From assembly GCA_964389315.1 (NCBI GenBank), contig CAYMDJ010000001.1, positions 543 through 64,542 of the forward strand: a DNA stretch of 64,000 nt, read 5' to 3'. Below, piece by piece: positions 27,181 to 36,188 of the stretch (the first letter of the stretch is position 1; every line of letters starts with the position of its first letter). A model generated the notes under the pieces. It searched no databases. It was not told the origin of the DNA and was given only the letters and a program-made list of their open reading frames with translations. The translations under genes and the position numbers were made by a program. The DNA comes from an uncultured archaeon. Its GTDB lineage: Archaea; Aenigmatarchaeota; Aenigmatarchaeia; QMZP01.

Positions 27181-28384
27181 TCATCACAAGCGAATAACAG
27201 AAAGGGACGATTCTGTTGTCTTTTGTCAGCTGCGCGGTCATACACCTTTCTATGTTATCAATATCTAATGTGTATTTATCTGGCCATGACCTGATATAGA
27301 CATTCAGTTCGCGCGGGCTCTTGTTTTTTAGCACTCTTTTTGCTATAAGTTTCAGTGTAATGGCCTTTCTTCTCTTTAATATGTTTCCCAAAAACATCAG
27401 GTTTTTTGACCTTGATTTCTTGAATACCTCAAAATCGATACCCTCTGACAGGAACTCTATCTTTTTGTTGTTTATAAAAATTGTTATTCTCAGTGAGCAG
27501 GGAAGTATTGTGCTATGGTTTTTAATTAACCTTTTTATTTTCTCCTGCAGAACACACTCCAAAAGAAGCTGTTTCTTACCTATATGTATAGCATTGCTTA
27601 ATACTTTTATTATTTCGGACAGGAATATCCTTTCTGGGTTGCCATGCCTTCCGATATGAACGGCGCTTCTTATTCTAAGTTCGTTTATGTTTCTTTTCAT
27701 GAGGCAGAAATCTATGATATTGGGGATTTCTTTTTCATTCCAGTTTTTTATGGCCATGAAAGAAAATATTGTCATTATTTTCGAATGCTTGAGGTTATCC
27801 ATGGCTGCCATCTTGGCAGGGAGGTTGTCTCCTTCTATCTTTTTCATCAATTTCCTGTCAAGCGAATTGATTGACAGATGAACTGCACCGAGGCCTGCAT
27901 CCTTTAGCTTCCCGACATACCCGGGGCTCGAAAGCTTTATACCGTTTGTGAGAAGGCTTACCGTCTTTCCATTTTTTGATGCGAACCTTATTATCTCAGA
28001 AAGTTCTTTCCTCAGGGCAGGTTCGCCGCCAGAGAGCCTTATGTATTTGCCTCCGAATCTTGCTATCTCTGACTTTATATCTTGCAGGCTCTTTTCCTTC
28101 TCCTTTTTTTTCGGAAGATAACAGAAAAAGCAGTTGTTGTTGCAGTCGTGTGTGAGTGTTATGGTCAGGGAATCAAAAAACTTTCTCTTTCCAGGTTTGT
28201 GGTTGAGTATTTCCCTGTATAACCAGGCATCCTTTTCTATAAGCGACCTTGTTTTCCCATGTGAAGGACATGTTTTAACCATATATATCTTTCCACCCTC
28301 TTCTAAGATGTCTGAATCTATTTTTTCCATGCACACCGGGCAAATGCTTGTTGTCTTTTTTAAAGCTTTTATATTAATCACCAA
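27158..28384 (-). CDS. Radical SAM protein with an N-terminal zinc-ribbon-like motif (CPVC...CPSHG) and a CNNNCxxC cluster.
   Basis: THDCNNNCFFCY cluster, LSGGEPAL motif. It overlaps the upstream B12-rSAM gene by 11 bp. Confidence 0.7.
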   Translation of the reverse strand: MVINIKALKKTTSICPVCMEKIDSDILEEGGKIYMVKTCPSHGKTRSLIEKDAWLYREILNHKPGKRKFFDSLTITLTHDCNNNCFFCYLPKKKEKEKSLQDIKSEIARFGGKYIRLSGGEPALRKELSEIIRFASKNGKTVSLLTNGIKLSSPGYVGKLKDAGLGAVHLSINSLDRKLMKKIEGDNLPAKMAAMDNLKHSKIMTIFSFMAIKNWNEKEIPNIIDFCLMKRNINELRIRSAVHIGRHGNPERIFLSEIIKVLSNAIHIGKKQLLLECVLQEKIKRLIKNHSTILPCSLRITIFINNKKIEFLSEGIDFEVFKKSRSKNLMFLGNILKRRKAITLKLIAKRVLKNKSPRELNVYIRSWPDKYTLDIDNIERCMTAQLTKDNRIVPFCYSLVMNEKYNNI

Positions 28385-29888
28385 GCGACCGTCTATTAAA
28401 AATTCTTTTCAATGTAAAGTATATATAAAGGCGCGGCAGGCACATCTTCTTCCTTCCGCTGAAATTTATCCTTCTTTTCCTCGATAAGAAATCCCTTGGT
28501 TTCCTTACAACCAACATGAACGTGTAAAGGGGTTTCGGAGGCAGGAACCTGTGGATGTTGTGCCTTATGAGGAATGATGATAGCCTGCCGGGAACCATAT
28601 TCAGGACGTAGAGCGAATTGACAGACTTGGCAAGTTCCCTGTTGAAGGTGTCCCCCTTATGTGTGAAGAAGCTCGTATTCTCTGATTCCTCTATCCTATT
28701 CATCATCTCATCGTCCAGAAGGCCCATCTGCCTTGCTATCTTCACTATCTCTGTCTTGGGGAAATACCTGAGCCAGTATGTCTGGACGAATTCCACGCCG
28801 TTCTCGCTGTAGAACCTGGCCATCTCAAGCACGTCATCGCTCTTCTGCAGCGGGAGGCCTACCATGTTGTCAGTGGTTATGTGTATGCTCTCCTTCTTGA
28901 ACAGCCTTATTGCCTTCCTGGTGTCTTTTGTGGAGCATCTCCTGTTGAGGATGTTTCTTCCCAACTCCTTGTTGTGGGTCTGGACGCCCATCTCGATGGC
29001 CACACAACCTGCTTTTCTAAGCATGGATGCTGTGTCTTCCCTGACATTAGCAGGGTATATCCAGCAAAAGAAGGGGAGGCCAATCTCCTTCCCGTATCTT
29101 TCTGAGAACTCCCTCAGCCAGGCATGGTCGTGATTGAAGGTCTCGTCGTGGAATATTATCTCCCTGAATCCCGCCCTCTTGGCCAGCCTGAGCTCCTCTA
29201 TGACATTGCCTACGCTCCGCCTGCGCAGGTATTTGCCCTTGCCCATGTAAAGCTTCTTCATGTAGGAGTTGTTGCAGTAGGTGCACGAGAACGGGCACCC
29301 CCTACTCGTTATGGTGGTATACCTGTCAAAGAATCTGGGGACTATCTCGCTGAATATGGACTTGTCAGGGAACGGGAGGGAATCGAGGTCTTGTATAAGG
29401 GGCCTTACCGGATTCCTGTATATCTTTCTGCCCTTTTTGGACCAGACGTTGGCTATCCTTCGGGTGGAGCGTCCTGACTCGAGTGCGTCCGTGAGTTCCA
29501 GAAGGGCATGCTCGCCCTCACCTACCACTACGAAATCAACGAAATCCTTCCTTATAACCCGCCCGGGAACGGACGTAGGGTGTATGCCGCCGAACACTAT
29601 CGGGACTTTGGTGTGTTTCTTTATCTCCCTTGCAATCCTGCATGCCCAGGAATAGTTGTCTGATATTACAGAGAAGCACACCAAATCCGGATTAAGTTCC
29701 TTAATCTCTTTTAGCAGGATTTTTTTGAAACCAATGACCCTATGGAGCCACCCGGCCCTTATTACAGAGTCCATGAAGAGCATGGGATCGAAAACGAGCT
29801 CTGTCTGGTGGCCGGCTTGCTTCAGGACCGCTGAGAGATACTCGACCCCCAGGCAGTCTGTCTCCGGGTGCACAAAAACCACCTTCAT
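28374..29888 (-). CDS. Cobalamin (B12)-binding radical SAM enzyme (class B, methyltransferase-like).
   Basis: N-terminal Rossmann-like B12-binding region (MKVVFVHPETDCLGVEYLSAVLKQAGH ... VVVGEGEH), then the CPFSCTYC rSAM cluster. Confidence 0.75.
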   Translation of the reverse strand: MKVVFVHPETDCLGVEYLSAVLKQAGHQTELVFDPMLFMDSVIRAGWLHRVIGFKKILLKEIKELNPDLVCFSVISDNYSWACRIAREIKKHTKVPIVFGGIHPTSVPGRVIRKDFVDFVVVGEGEHALLELTDALESGRSTRRIANVWSKKGRKIYRNPVRPLIQDLDSLPFPDKSIFSEIVPRFFDRYTTITSRGCPFSCTYCNNSYMKKLYMGKGKYLRRRSVGNVIEELRLAKRAGFREIIFHDETFNHDHAWLREFSERYGKEIGLPFFCWIYPANVREDTASMLRKAGCVAIEMGVQTHNKELGRNILNRRCSTKDTRKAIRLFKKESIHITTDNMVGLPLQKSDDVLEMARFYSENGVEFVQTYWLRYFPKTEIVKIARQMGLLDDEMMNRIEESENTSFFTHKGDTFNRELAKSVNSLYVLNMVPGRLSSFLIRHNIHRFLPPKPLYTFMLVVRKPRDFLSRKRRINFSGRKKMCLPRLYIYFTLKRIFNRRSLGD

Positions 29889-30989
29889 CTGACCACTGAT
29901 ATAAGATATAAACGTTTGTTATTAATCTTTAATATGAAGGCTTCCCATGTTTTCTGGACAGGTTTGAGGGTCGCTGGTTATAAAATGGGGAGGAGATTCT
30001 CGTTCCCTCTTCCGATGCCGGTAAACCTTGCCATTGTTCCCACAGGCAGGTGCAACTCCATGTGCAGGACATGTAACATATGGAAGACTCCTGTTAGTGA
30101 TGAGCTCGATGCTGGTGAGTGGGACAGGATATTCAAATCCATCGGGAGGTCTCATCCCTGGGTAACGGCTTCTGAAGGCGAGCCCTTCCTGTCAAAGGAC
30201 CTTGTCGAGATAACAAGGAACCTCGTGGAGCACACGGACCCGCAGATAATGGTTTTTCCCACCAACGGGATTCTGACCGAGAAGATAACGGATGACGTCA
30301 GGGAGATTTTGGGGTTTTATGGCGGCATACTCATAATAAATTTCTCCCTTGACGGCGTCGGGAATCTGCATGACGAGATACGTGGGGTCAGGGGGAATTT
30401 CAGGAGGGTTGTTGACAGCGTATCTGCAATGAAGGACGTCAAAAGGGGTTCTGATAACCTGGTGGTTGGGATAAACACGGTGGTATCCAAACACAACATA
30501 AAAAAAATTGATGAGATATCTGACTTCGTTAAGAATGAGCTGAAGCCGGACTCTCATATCTTTGAGATTGCAGATAACAGGGAGGCTCTCAACAACGCCG
30601 GGATGGACCTGAGGCCTGGTTGCCAGGAGTATCTGGATGCCATTGGCAGGGTATCTGGAGATTCCAACGTCTTCCCTACAGGGTTCTTCAGGAAGAGATA
30701 CTACAGGCTGGTTGAAGAGATGCTCCTGAAAGGCAGGGGGATTATCCCGTGCTATGCGGGCATCGCATCAGCGCAGATATCATCAACAGGAGAGGTATGG
30801 GCATGCTGCAGGATGTGCGAGTCAATGGGGAACCTGAGGGAGAATGGTTATGATTTCAGGAAGGTGTGGAAAAGCAGGCAGGCAATGGATGTGAGGAGGG
30901 GCATAAAGGAGAGGAAGTGCTGGTGCACATCAGCCAACGCGAACTACACGAACATATTATGTAGTTTCATAAGGCTTGCCGGAGTTTAG
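29868..30989 (+). CDS. Radical SAM/SPASM enzyme. The true start is probably the internal Met near 29934 or 29987, which would avoid the divergent overlap with the B12-rSAM gene.
   Basis: GRCNSMCRTC cluster, SEGEPFL motif, and C-terminal CCRMCESMGN ... CWCTSANANY. An AT-rich divergent promoter (ATAAGATATAAAC, TTATTAATCTTTAAT) lies at 29889-29935. Confidence 0.75.
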   Translation: MHKNHLHLTTDIRYKRLLLIFNMKASHVFWTGLRVAGYKMGRRFSFPLPMPVNLAIVPTGRCNSMCRTCNIWKTPVSDELDAGEWDRIFKSIGRSHPWVTASEGEPFLSKDLVEITRNLVEHTDPQIMVFPTNGILTEKITDDVREILGFYGGILIINFSLDGVGNLHDEIRGVRGNFRRVVDSVSAMKDVKRGSDNLVVGINTVVSKHNIKKIDEISDFVKNELKPDSHIFEIADNREALNNAGMDLRPGCQEYLDAIGRVSGDSNVFPTGFFRKRYYRLVEEMLLKGRGIIPCYAGIASAQISSTGEVWACCRMCESMGNLRENGYDFRKVWKSRQAMDVRRGIKERKCWCTSANANYTNILCSFIRLAGV

Positions 30990-31833
30990 GATTATGGATG
31001 TATCAGTAGGTGTGATGGCTCACAACGAGGAGAAAAACATAGGCAGTCTTCTGGATTCGCTTATAAACCAGGAAGAGGAGATTGTGAGGATAATGGAGAT
31101 TATCGTTGTGAGCTCCGGCTCTGTTGACAGGACGGACAGAATAGTTGAGAGCTTTTGCAGGGCTGACCGGAGGGTCAGGCTTGTAAAGGAGCCTGAGAGG
31201 AGGGGGAAATCGAATGCGATAAACCTTTTTCTGGAGAGGAGCAGAGGTGATGTCAACGTTCTTGTCAGCGGCGATGTTGTTCCAGGAAGGAATTCTGTTG
31301 AAAGGGTGTGCTCTATGCTTGTTGGAAATGTTGGAATCGCTGTCGGTAGGGTGGTACCAGAGGAGAGCGGAAGCTTGTTGGGGAGGGTTGTTGGCCTTGA
31401 GTGGAGGATTCATCATGAAGTTTCACTGAAAAGGCCGAAGTTCGGTGAGATGATAGCCTTCAGGGGGGTTGGCAAGATTGCAGAAACATCGGTTGATGAG
31501 GAATTCATAGGTATGCTCGTAGTAAAGTCAGGGCTTGAATCGGTGTATGTCCCCGGAGCCGTGGTAATGAACCGAGGCCCCAGGACAATGAAGGATTTCA
31601 TAAAGCAGAGGAGGAGAATCTATTCCGGTCATTTGGAGCTTTTCAGGACAGGGTATGAACCGGCAACCGTGAAACTCCTTCCTGTGCTGAGGGGGTTCAT
31701 GAAGTCAGGCGGCGCCGGGGCGGGTGTATTAATTTCAGCAGTGCTTCTGGAGGCAGTTTCCAGGGCGCTTGGCTTCTACGATTTTGTGTTCAACAGGGGG
31801 AGGCACATGGTCTGGGATATGGTAAAGAGGTGA
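30976..31833 (+). CDS. Glycosyltransferase family 2.
   Basis: VGVMAHNEEKNIGSLLDSL ... IIVVSSGSVDRTDRI. GT-A fold with DxD-type motifs. Confidence 0.7.
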   Translation: MPEFRIMDVSVGVMAHNEEKNIGSLLDSLINQEEEIVRIMEIIVVSSGSVDRTDRIVESFCRADRRVRLVKEPERRGKSNAINLFLERSRGDVNVLVSGDVVPGRNSVERVCSMLVGNVGIAVGRVVPEESGSLLGRVVGLEWRIHHEVSLKRPKFGEMIAFRGVGKIAETSVDEEFIGMLVVKSGLESVYVPGAVVMNRGPRTMKDFIKQRRRIYSGHLELFRTGYEPATVKLLPVLRGFMKSGGAGAGVLISAVLLEAVSRALGFYDFVFNRGRHMVWDMVKR

Positions 31834-31839
31834 GGGCTT

Positions 31840-32742
31840 ATGAAAAAACCGGTTGTTAGCGTTATTGTTGTGGTTTATAATGAAGAAACGTATATCGGGA
31901 AGTGCATCGAATCTATCCTGCGCCAGTCGTTTGGTGATTTTGAACTTATAGTTGTTGATGCCGCCTCAACGGACAGGACGCAGGAGATAGTCCGGGGGTT
32001 CGGAGACAAGAGGATAAGATATTTCAGGCTAAGTGAAAGGGTCAATATAGCAAAATCCAGAAACTTCGGGATAGGGGCATCAAGAGGGGGATATGTTTTC
32101 TTTACAGATGGGGATTGCTCACCCGCAAGAGGATGGATCAAGGAAGGCGTCAGGTGCCTGAAGGAGCAGGGGGTTGTAGGCTGTGAGGGCAGGACTGTTT
32201 ATGTTTCAAGCCGATACCGGCCCGGCCTGATGGAGAACGTGGTGTATAACAATGGGGGTGGTTTTTTTCCAACGAACAACGTGGCATACAAGAGGGCGGT
32301 CTTTGACGAGGCGGGCTTCTTTGACGAATCCCTGGATGTGGCAGAGGACACTGATATGGGTACGAGGGCATCCAGGCTGGGTGAAATTGTTTTTGTAAAT
32401 GAAATGCTGGTCATTCATGAAAAGAAGACGCTTTCCATGGGGTCGTTTTTCAGGAGGGTATACGTGACAGATAGCGTAGTCAGGATGGTTAAAAGGCATG
32501 GCAGATGCCGGGTTCGCGGACCGCGCGGGATTCCTTTTTATAATATTGGGAGGGTGGTTTTCCCATTCTATTATTTCGTTATGTTTTTCCCCCCGCTGCT
32601 CATAATTGTTCTAATGTTCAGAAAAATTAAAATGGGCAGCCTGAAGGATTTCCTGATGATTCCGCTGTATTATGTGCGGGTTGTTTTTTTCAGGTTTTTT
32701 GTCTGGAAAACGGCAATAAAGGAAAGGTCCTTTTTTATATGA
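31840..32742 (+). CDS. Glycosyltransferase family 2 with a C-terminal hydrophobic segment.
   Basis: VSVIVVVYNEETYIGKCIESIL ... LIVVDAASTDRTQEI ... FFTDGDCSP. Confidence 0.7.
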   Translation: MKKPVVSVIVVVYNEETYIGKCIESILRQSFGDFELIVVDAASTDRTQEIVRGFGDKRIRYFRLSERVNIAKSRNFGIGASRGGYVFFTDGDCSPARGWIKEGVRCLKEQGVVGCEGRTVYVSSRYRPGLMENVVYNNGGGFFPTNNVAYKRAVFDEAGFFDESLDVAEDTDMGTRASRLGEIVFVNEMLVIHEKKTLSMGSFFRRVYVTDSVVRMVKRHGRCRVRGPRGIPFYNIGRVVFPFYYFVMFFPPLLIIVLMFRKIKMGSLKDFLMIPLYYVRVVFFRFFVWKTAIKERSFFI

Positions 32743-33790
32743 GAGCTGTCCTCAGAAGTGTTTTTGGATTATAAACTATGCGATGCACCAGGAAGCATGG
32801 GTGTATGCAGCTGCAATTCCTAATCTCCCTCCTCCTCTTTTCAGCCATTTCGGAGAACCAGAGCCTCCTGAAATCATAGTTGAAATCCCTCAGGTTGCCG
32901 ACCGGCCCCGTTGATTCGCAAAGCCTAACGTCCCCGTCAGGTTCAATGACGCCTATAGTGTTTCCTGCCAGGCACCTGAAACCAAACCCCTGTCCCATGA
33001 TTCCCGTTTCTATAAGACTGTAAATTTTTCGCTTGCCCTTCAGGTTAAGCCCAAGGAAATGCACTTTTTCTTTTGAAAGATAATAAATGTCATATCCGAG
33101 AAGAATCTTGTAAAGGGTTGCCCATTGCCGGGGCGTGGGGGATTCCTCCGAGGCTCTGCCTGCCTTGTTCCTTATTGGTGAGACCGAGTGGTAATTGATG
33201 CCTTGCCTTGTCTTTATGAAATCCATCAGTTTCGGTATCTCACTGTAATTCCTTCTGGAGACCACTGTGTTTATCATGATGGAGAGGTTCGGGTATCTCT
33301 CCTTAAGTTTAACAGCGCCCTCGATGGTTTTTAATGTTTTTCTGAATCCTCCCCGAACACCCCTTATATCATCATGGGTCTTTCCCACACCGTCAAGGGA
33401 TGGTGCCAGGATTATCCTGGTTCTGGCGCAGGTTTTCAACATTCCCTCTGTTTTTTCCAGTATGTTTCTTGTGGCGAGGCCGTTGGTTGGTATGAATATC
33501 AAATTCGGTCTGTTGTTTCTGTAGAAAGCGTGGCAGATTTCCGGTAGGTCTTCCCTCAGGAATGGTTCCCCGCCCGAGACGAGAAGAGAGTAGAATCTGC
33601 CCATTCCTGTGGATGTCATTCTTATCTCTTCCAGGGAGAGCTCTTTGATTGGTTTGTTGATTCTGTCCCTGTAAAAACATCCACTGCATGATGAGTTGCA
33701 CTTGTTCGTAACGAAAAAAATGACCTCGTGTGGAAGGTGTCCCTTTCTGATCAGGGTGAGATGACCCGAGGTTACGTTTTTTATGTTCAT
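32735..33790 (-). CDS. Radical SAM/SPASM enzyme.
   Basis: CNSSCSGCFY cluster, VSGGEPFL motif, C-terminal CSCIHPCFLV. It is convergent with the GT2 gene and overlaps it by 8 bp. Confidence 0.75.
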   Translation of the reverse strand: MNIKNVTSGHLTLIRKGHLPHEVIFFVTNKCNSSCSGCFYRDRINKPIKELSLEEIRMTSTGMGRFYSLLVSGGEPFLREDLPEICHAFYRNNRPNLIFIPTNGLATRNILEKTEGMLKTCARTRIILAPSLDGVGKTHDDIRGVRGGFRKTLKTIEGAVKLKERYPNLSIMINTVVSRRNYSEIPKLMDFIKTRQGINYHSVSPIRNKAGRASEESPTPRQWATLYKILLGYDIYYLSKEKVHFLGLNLKGKRKIYSLIETGIMGQGFGFRCLAGNTIGVIEPDGDVRLCESTGPVGNLRDFNYDFRRLWFSEMAEKRRREIRNCSCIHPCFLVHRIVYNPKTLLRTALI

Positions 33791-33860
33791 ATAATGCTAT
33801 TAAAAAGAAATCATAAAAACGGCTCCCAGACCGTGGTGTAAGCCGTTAAACACAATGCGA

Positions 33861-34712
33861 CTAACCCAATATTGATTTAAGGACCCTTGGTATCGAGCTT
33901 ATGATGTCAGAGGCTATCAGGCCCGGACCGATCTCCCTTTCTGCCATGTCCCCTGCCAGCCCTGTCAGATGTGCGCCAGCGCATGCTGCATTGAGCGGGG
34001 GGTTGCCCATTGCGAGAAAGCCTCCGCAGACGCCGGCAAGGATGTCGCCGGTCCCGCCCTTTGTCATCCACGGGTTCCCGGTCCTGTTTAGGAGGGTCTC
34101 CCTTCCGTTGGATATCACGTCAACCCTTCCCTTGAGGAGGATTGTCGTGCTGAGCTTCCTCGCGAGCTTCATTGTTTCCTGCTCCCGTTTCTTGAGGTCA
34201 GCACTCGGTTGGGAACCGGAAAGCAGGGAGAACTCCCTTGCGTGGGGTGTCAGTATGAAGCTCCTCTTTATGACGCCAGGATTCCCTGAGGCAGCGGATA
34301 TGGCATCGGCGTCAACGACGCAGGGTTTTTCAAGGAGATTAAGGAAGTTCTGGACGAAAACCGCCGTGTCAGACCTGTTGTCCAGGCCGCCCCCTATTAC
34401 GACAGCATCGAAGTTCTCTGCCTCATCGAGGAGGAATTTCGTGTGCCAGTTGTTCAGGTAGTCGGTCCGTATGGGGTCTGCTATGAGGTCAGGCGAGAAT
34501 GAGGATATCACATCCGCTGCCCGCTCTGGCGCACAAACGTGGACGAGGTCTGTTCCCATGCGCATTGCCGCGAGGGCAGAGAGCGCCGGAGCGCCCGAAT
34601 ACGTCCTGCTCCCGCCTATGACGACCAGCCTTCCGAAGTCTCCCTTGTGTGACCAGTCTTTCTTCTTAGGATAGCATGCCTTCAGCATCTGGGGCGTTAC
34701 ATATTTTGGCAC
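33861..34712 (-). CDS. ADP-dependent NAD(P)H-hydrate dehydratase (YjeF C-terminal domain / Nnr).
   Basis: GDFGRLVVIGGSRTYSGAPALSALAAMRMG ... KGGTGDILAGVCGG. Confidence 0.75.
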   Translation of the reverse strand: MPKYVTPQMLKACYPKKKDWSHKGDFGRLVVIGGSRTYSGAPALSALAAMRMGTDLVHVCAPERAADVISSFSPDLIADPIRTDYLNNWHTKFLLDEAENFDAVVIGGGLDNRSDTAVFVQNFLNLLEKPCVVDADAISAASGNPGVIKRSFILTPHAREFSLLSGSQPSADLKKREQETMKLARKLSTTILLKGRVDVISNGRETLLNRTGNPWMTKGGTGDILAGVCGGFLAMGNPPLNAACAGAHLTGLAGDMAEREIGPGLIASDIISSIPRVLKSILG

Positions 34713-34720
34713 GTCATCAC

Positions 34721-36187
34721 CTATTTCACTTTGTCTATCTGGGCCTTCTGGAGGCGGTTGGAATAATCGAAATAGACTGTCTTGACCTCAGAGAACTCCT
34801 CAATTCCCAGCATGCCGGCTTCGCGTCCGTGGCCGGTCTCCTTCACGCCACCGAAGGGAAGGTGGACCTCCGAGCCTATGGTGCTGGAATTGACATAGGT
34901 CAGTCCTGCCTCTATCCTCTGGACGGCAAGGAAGGCGTTCCTGATGTTGCTGGTATATATTGCCGAGCTGAGACCGTATGTAACGGTGTTGGCGCAGTCT
35001 ATCGCTTCATCGAGGCTGTTAACAGGTGTTATGGAGAGGGTCGGCCCGAATATCTCCTCCTGCGCAATCCTCATGTCATTGTCAACGTTTGTGAAGATGG
35101 TTGGTTTGTAGAAGAACCCCCTTCCCGGAAGAGACGAGCCGCCCGTGAGGAGCTTTGCGCCCTCCTCCTTTCCGACACCGGTGTAGTAATGGATCTTCTT
35201 GAGGGCAGTTCTGTTTATCACAGGCCCAACGTCTGTCTCTGGCCTCAGGCCATCACCCAGGCGGAGCTTCCTGGCCTTCCCGACCAGCATCCTCTCGAAC
35301 CTGTTCTTTACCTTCCTGTGGATTATCACGCGGGAGGCGGCAGTGCACCTCTGGCCTGTCGTCCCGAAGGCGCCCCATATCACGCCGTCCAGCGCTAGGT
35401 CAAGGTCTGCGTCATCCATTATTATTATGGGGTTCTTTCCTCCGAGCTCGAGCCCCACCTTCTTTATTCCCGCGCACCTCATGGTGGAGAGCCCCACGTC
35501 CCTGGAGCCTGTGAAGGAGATTCCCCTGACCTTCCTGTGCTTGACCATGGTCTCGCCGACCGTGCTGCCCGGTCCTGTGACCAGGTTTATCACGCCCGGG
35601 GGAACGCCTGCCTTCTCGAATATCTTGACAAGCTCTATCGCGCAGAGCGGAGTGTCTGATGCCGGCTTAAGTATCATGGTGTTGCCGCATATGAGGGCAG
35701 GGGCAATCTTCCATGCAGGTATCGCCATGGGGAAATTCCATGGTGTTATCAGGCCGCAGACACCTATCGGCATCCTTGTGGTCATGCAGAACTTTTCCCT
35801 GAGCTCCGAGGGCGTCGTGAAGCCGAAGAGTCTCCTTCCCTCGCCTGCCATGTATTCCGTGACGTCAATCGCTTCCTGGACGTCTCCTCTCCCTTCTGCC
35901 AGGACCTTGCCCATCTCCATTGTGACCAGCCTCGCGAGCCTCTCCTTTTCCTTTTCCATGAGCAGGGCGGCCTTTAGGAGGATGTCCCCCCTCCTTGGGG
36001 CAGGGAGGCTGCTCCATCCCTCCAGGGCCCTTTCCGCCGCATCAACCGCCCTTTCTGCGTCGTTGGGCGTCCCGAGCTCGAACTTTCCCAGGGTCTTTTC
36101 CGTGGCAGGGTTCAGACTCTGGAAGGTTTCCCCTGAGTCTGATTTCTGCCATTTCCCGCCAATGAGTATTCCGTGAGTTTTCATCAT
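34721..36187 (-). CDS. NAD(P)-dependent aldehyde dehydrogenase. The start is probably MMKTHGILIGG at 36187; the track's longer version runs into the upstream gene.
   Basis: ALDH superfamily motifs: FTGS, LELGGKNP, EEIFGPTL, catalytic Cys context. Confidence 0.75.
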   Translation of the reverse strand: MMKTHGILIGGKWQKSDSGETFQSLNPATEKTLGKFELGTPNDAERAVDAAERALEGWSSLPAPRRGDILLKAALLMEKEKERLARLVTMEMGKVLAEGRGDVQEAIDVTEYMAGEGRRLFGFTTPSELREKFCMTTRMPIGVCGLITPWNFPMAIPAWKIAPALICGNTMILKPASDTPLCAIELVKIFEKAGVPPGVINLVTGPGSTVGETMVKHRKVRGISFTGSRDVGLSTMRCAGIKKVGLELGGKNPIIIMDDADLDLALDGVIWGAFGTTGQRCTAASRVIIHRKVKNRFERMLVGKARKLRLGDGLRPETDVGPVINRTALKKIHYYTGVGKEEGAKLLTGGSSLPGRGFFYKPTIFTNVDNDMRIAQEEIFGPTLSITPVNSLDEAIDCANTVTYGLSSAIYTSNIRNAFLAVQRIEAGLTYVNSSTIGSEVHLPFGGVKETGHGREAGMLGIEEFSEVKTVYFDYSNRLQKAQIDKVK

Positions 36188-36188
36188 G

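Noticed and set aside
29868-29888. A 21-bp divergent overlap between the B12-rSAM start and the plus-strand rSAM start.
   Set aside because: This is more likely an over-extended plus-strand ORF call. Internal Met codons at about 29934 and 29987 give a normal divergent promoter architecture.
34676-36176. Plus-strand ORFs 34676-35398 and 35199-36176 (240 and 325 aa).
   Set aside because: They are antisense to the well-supported aldehyde dehydrogenase gene.
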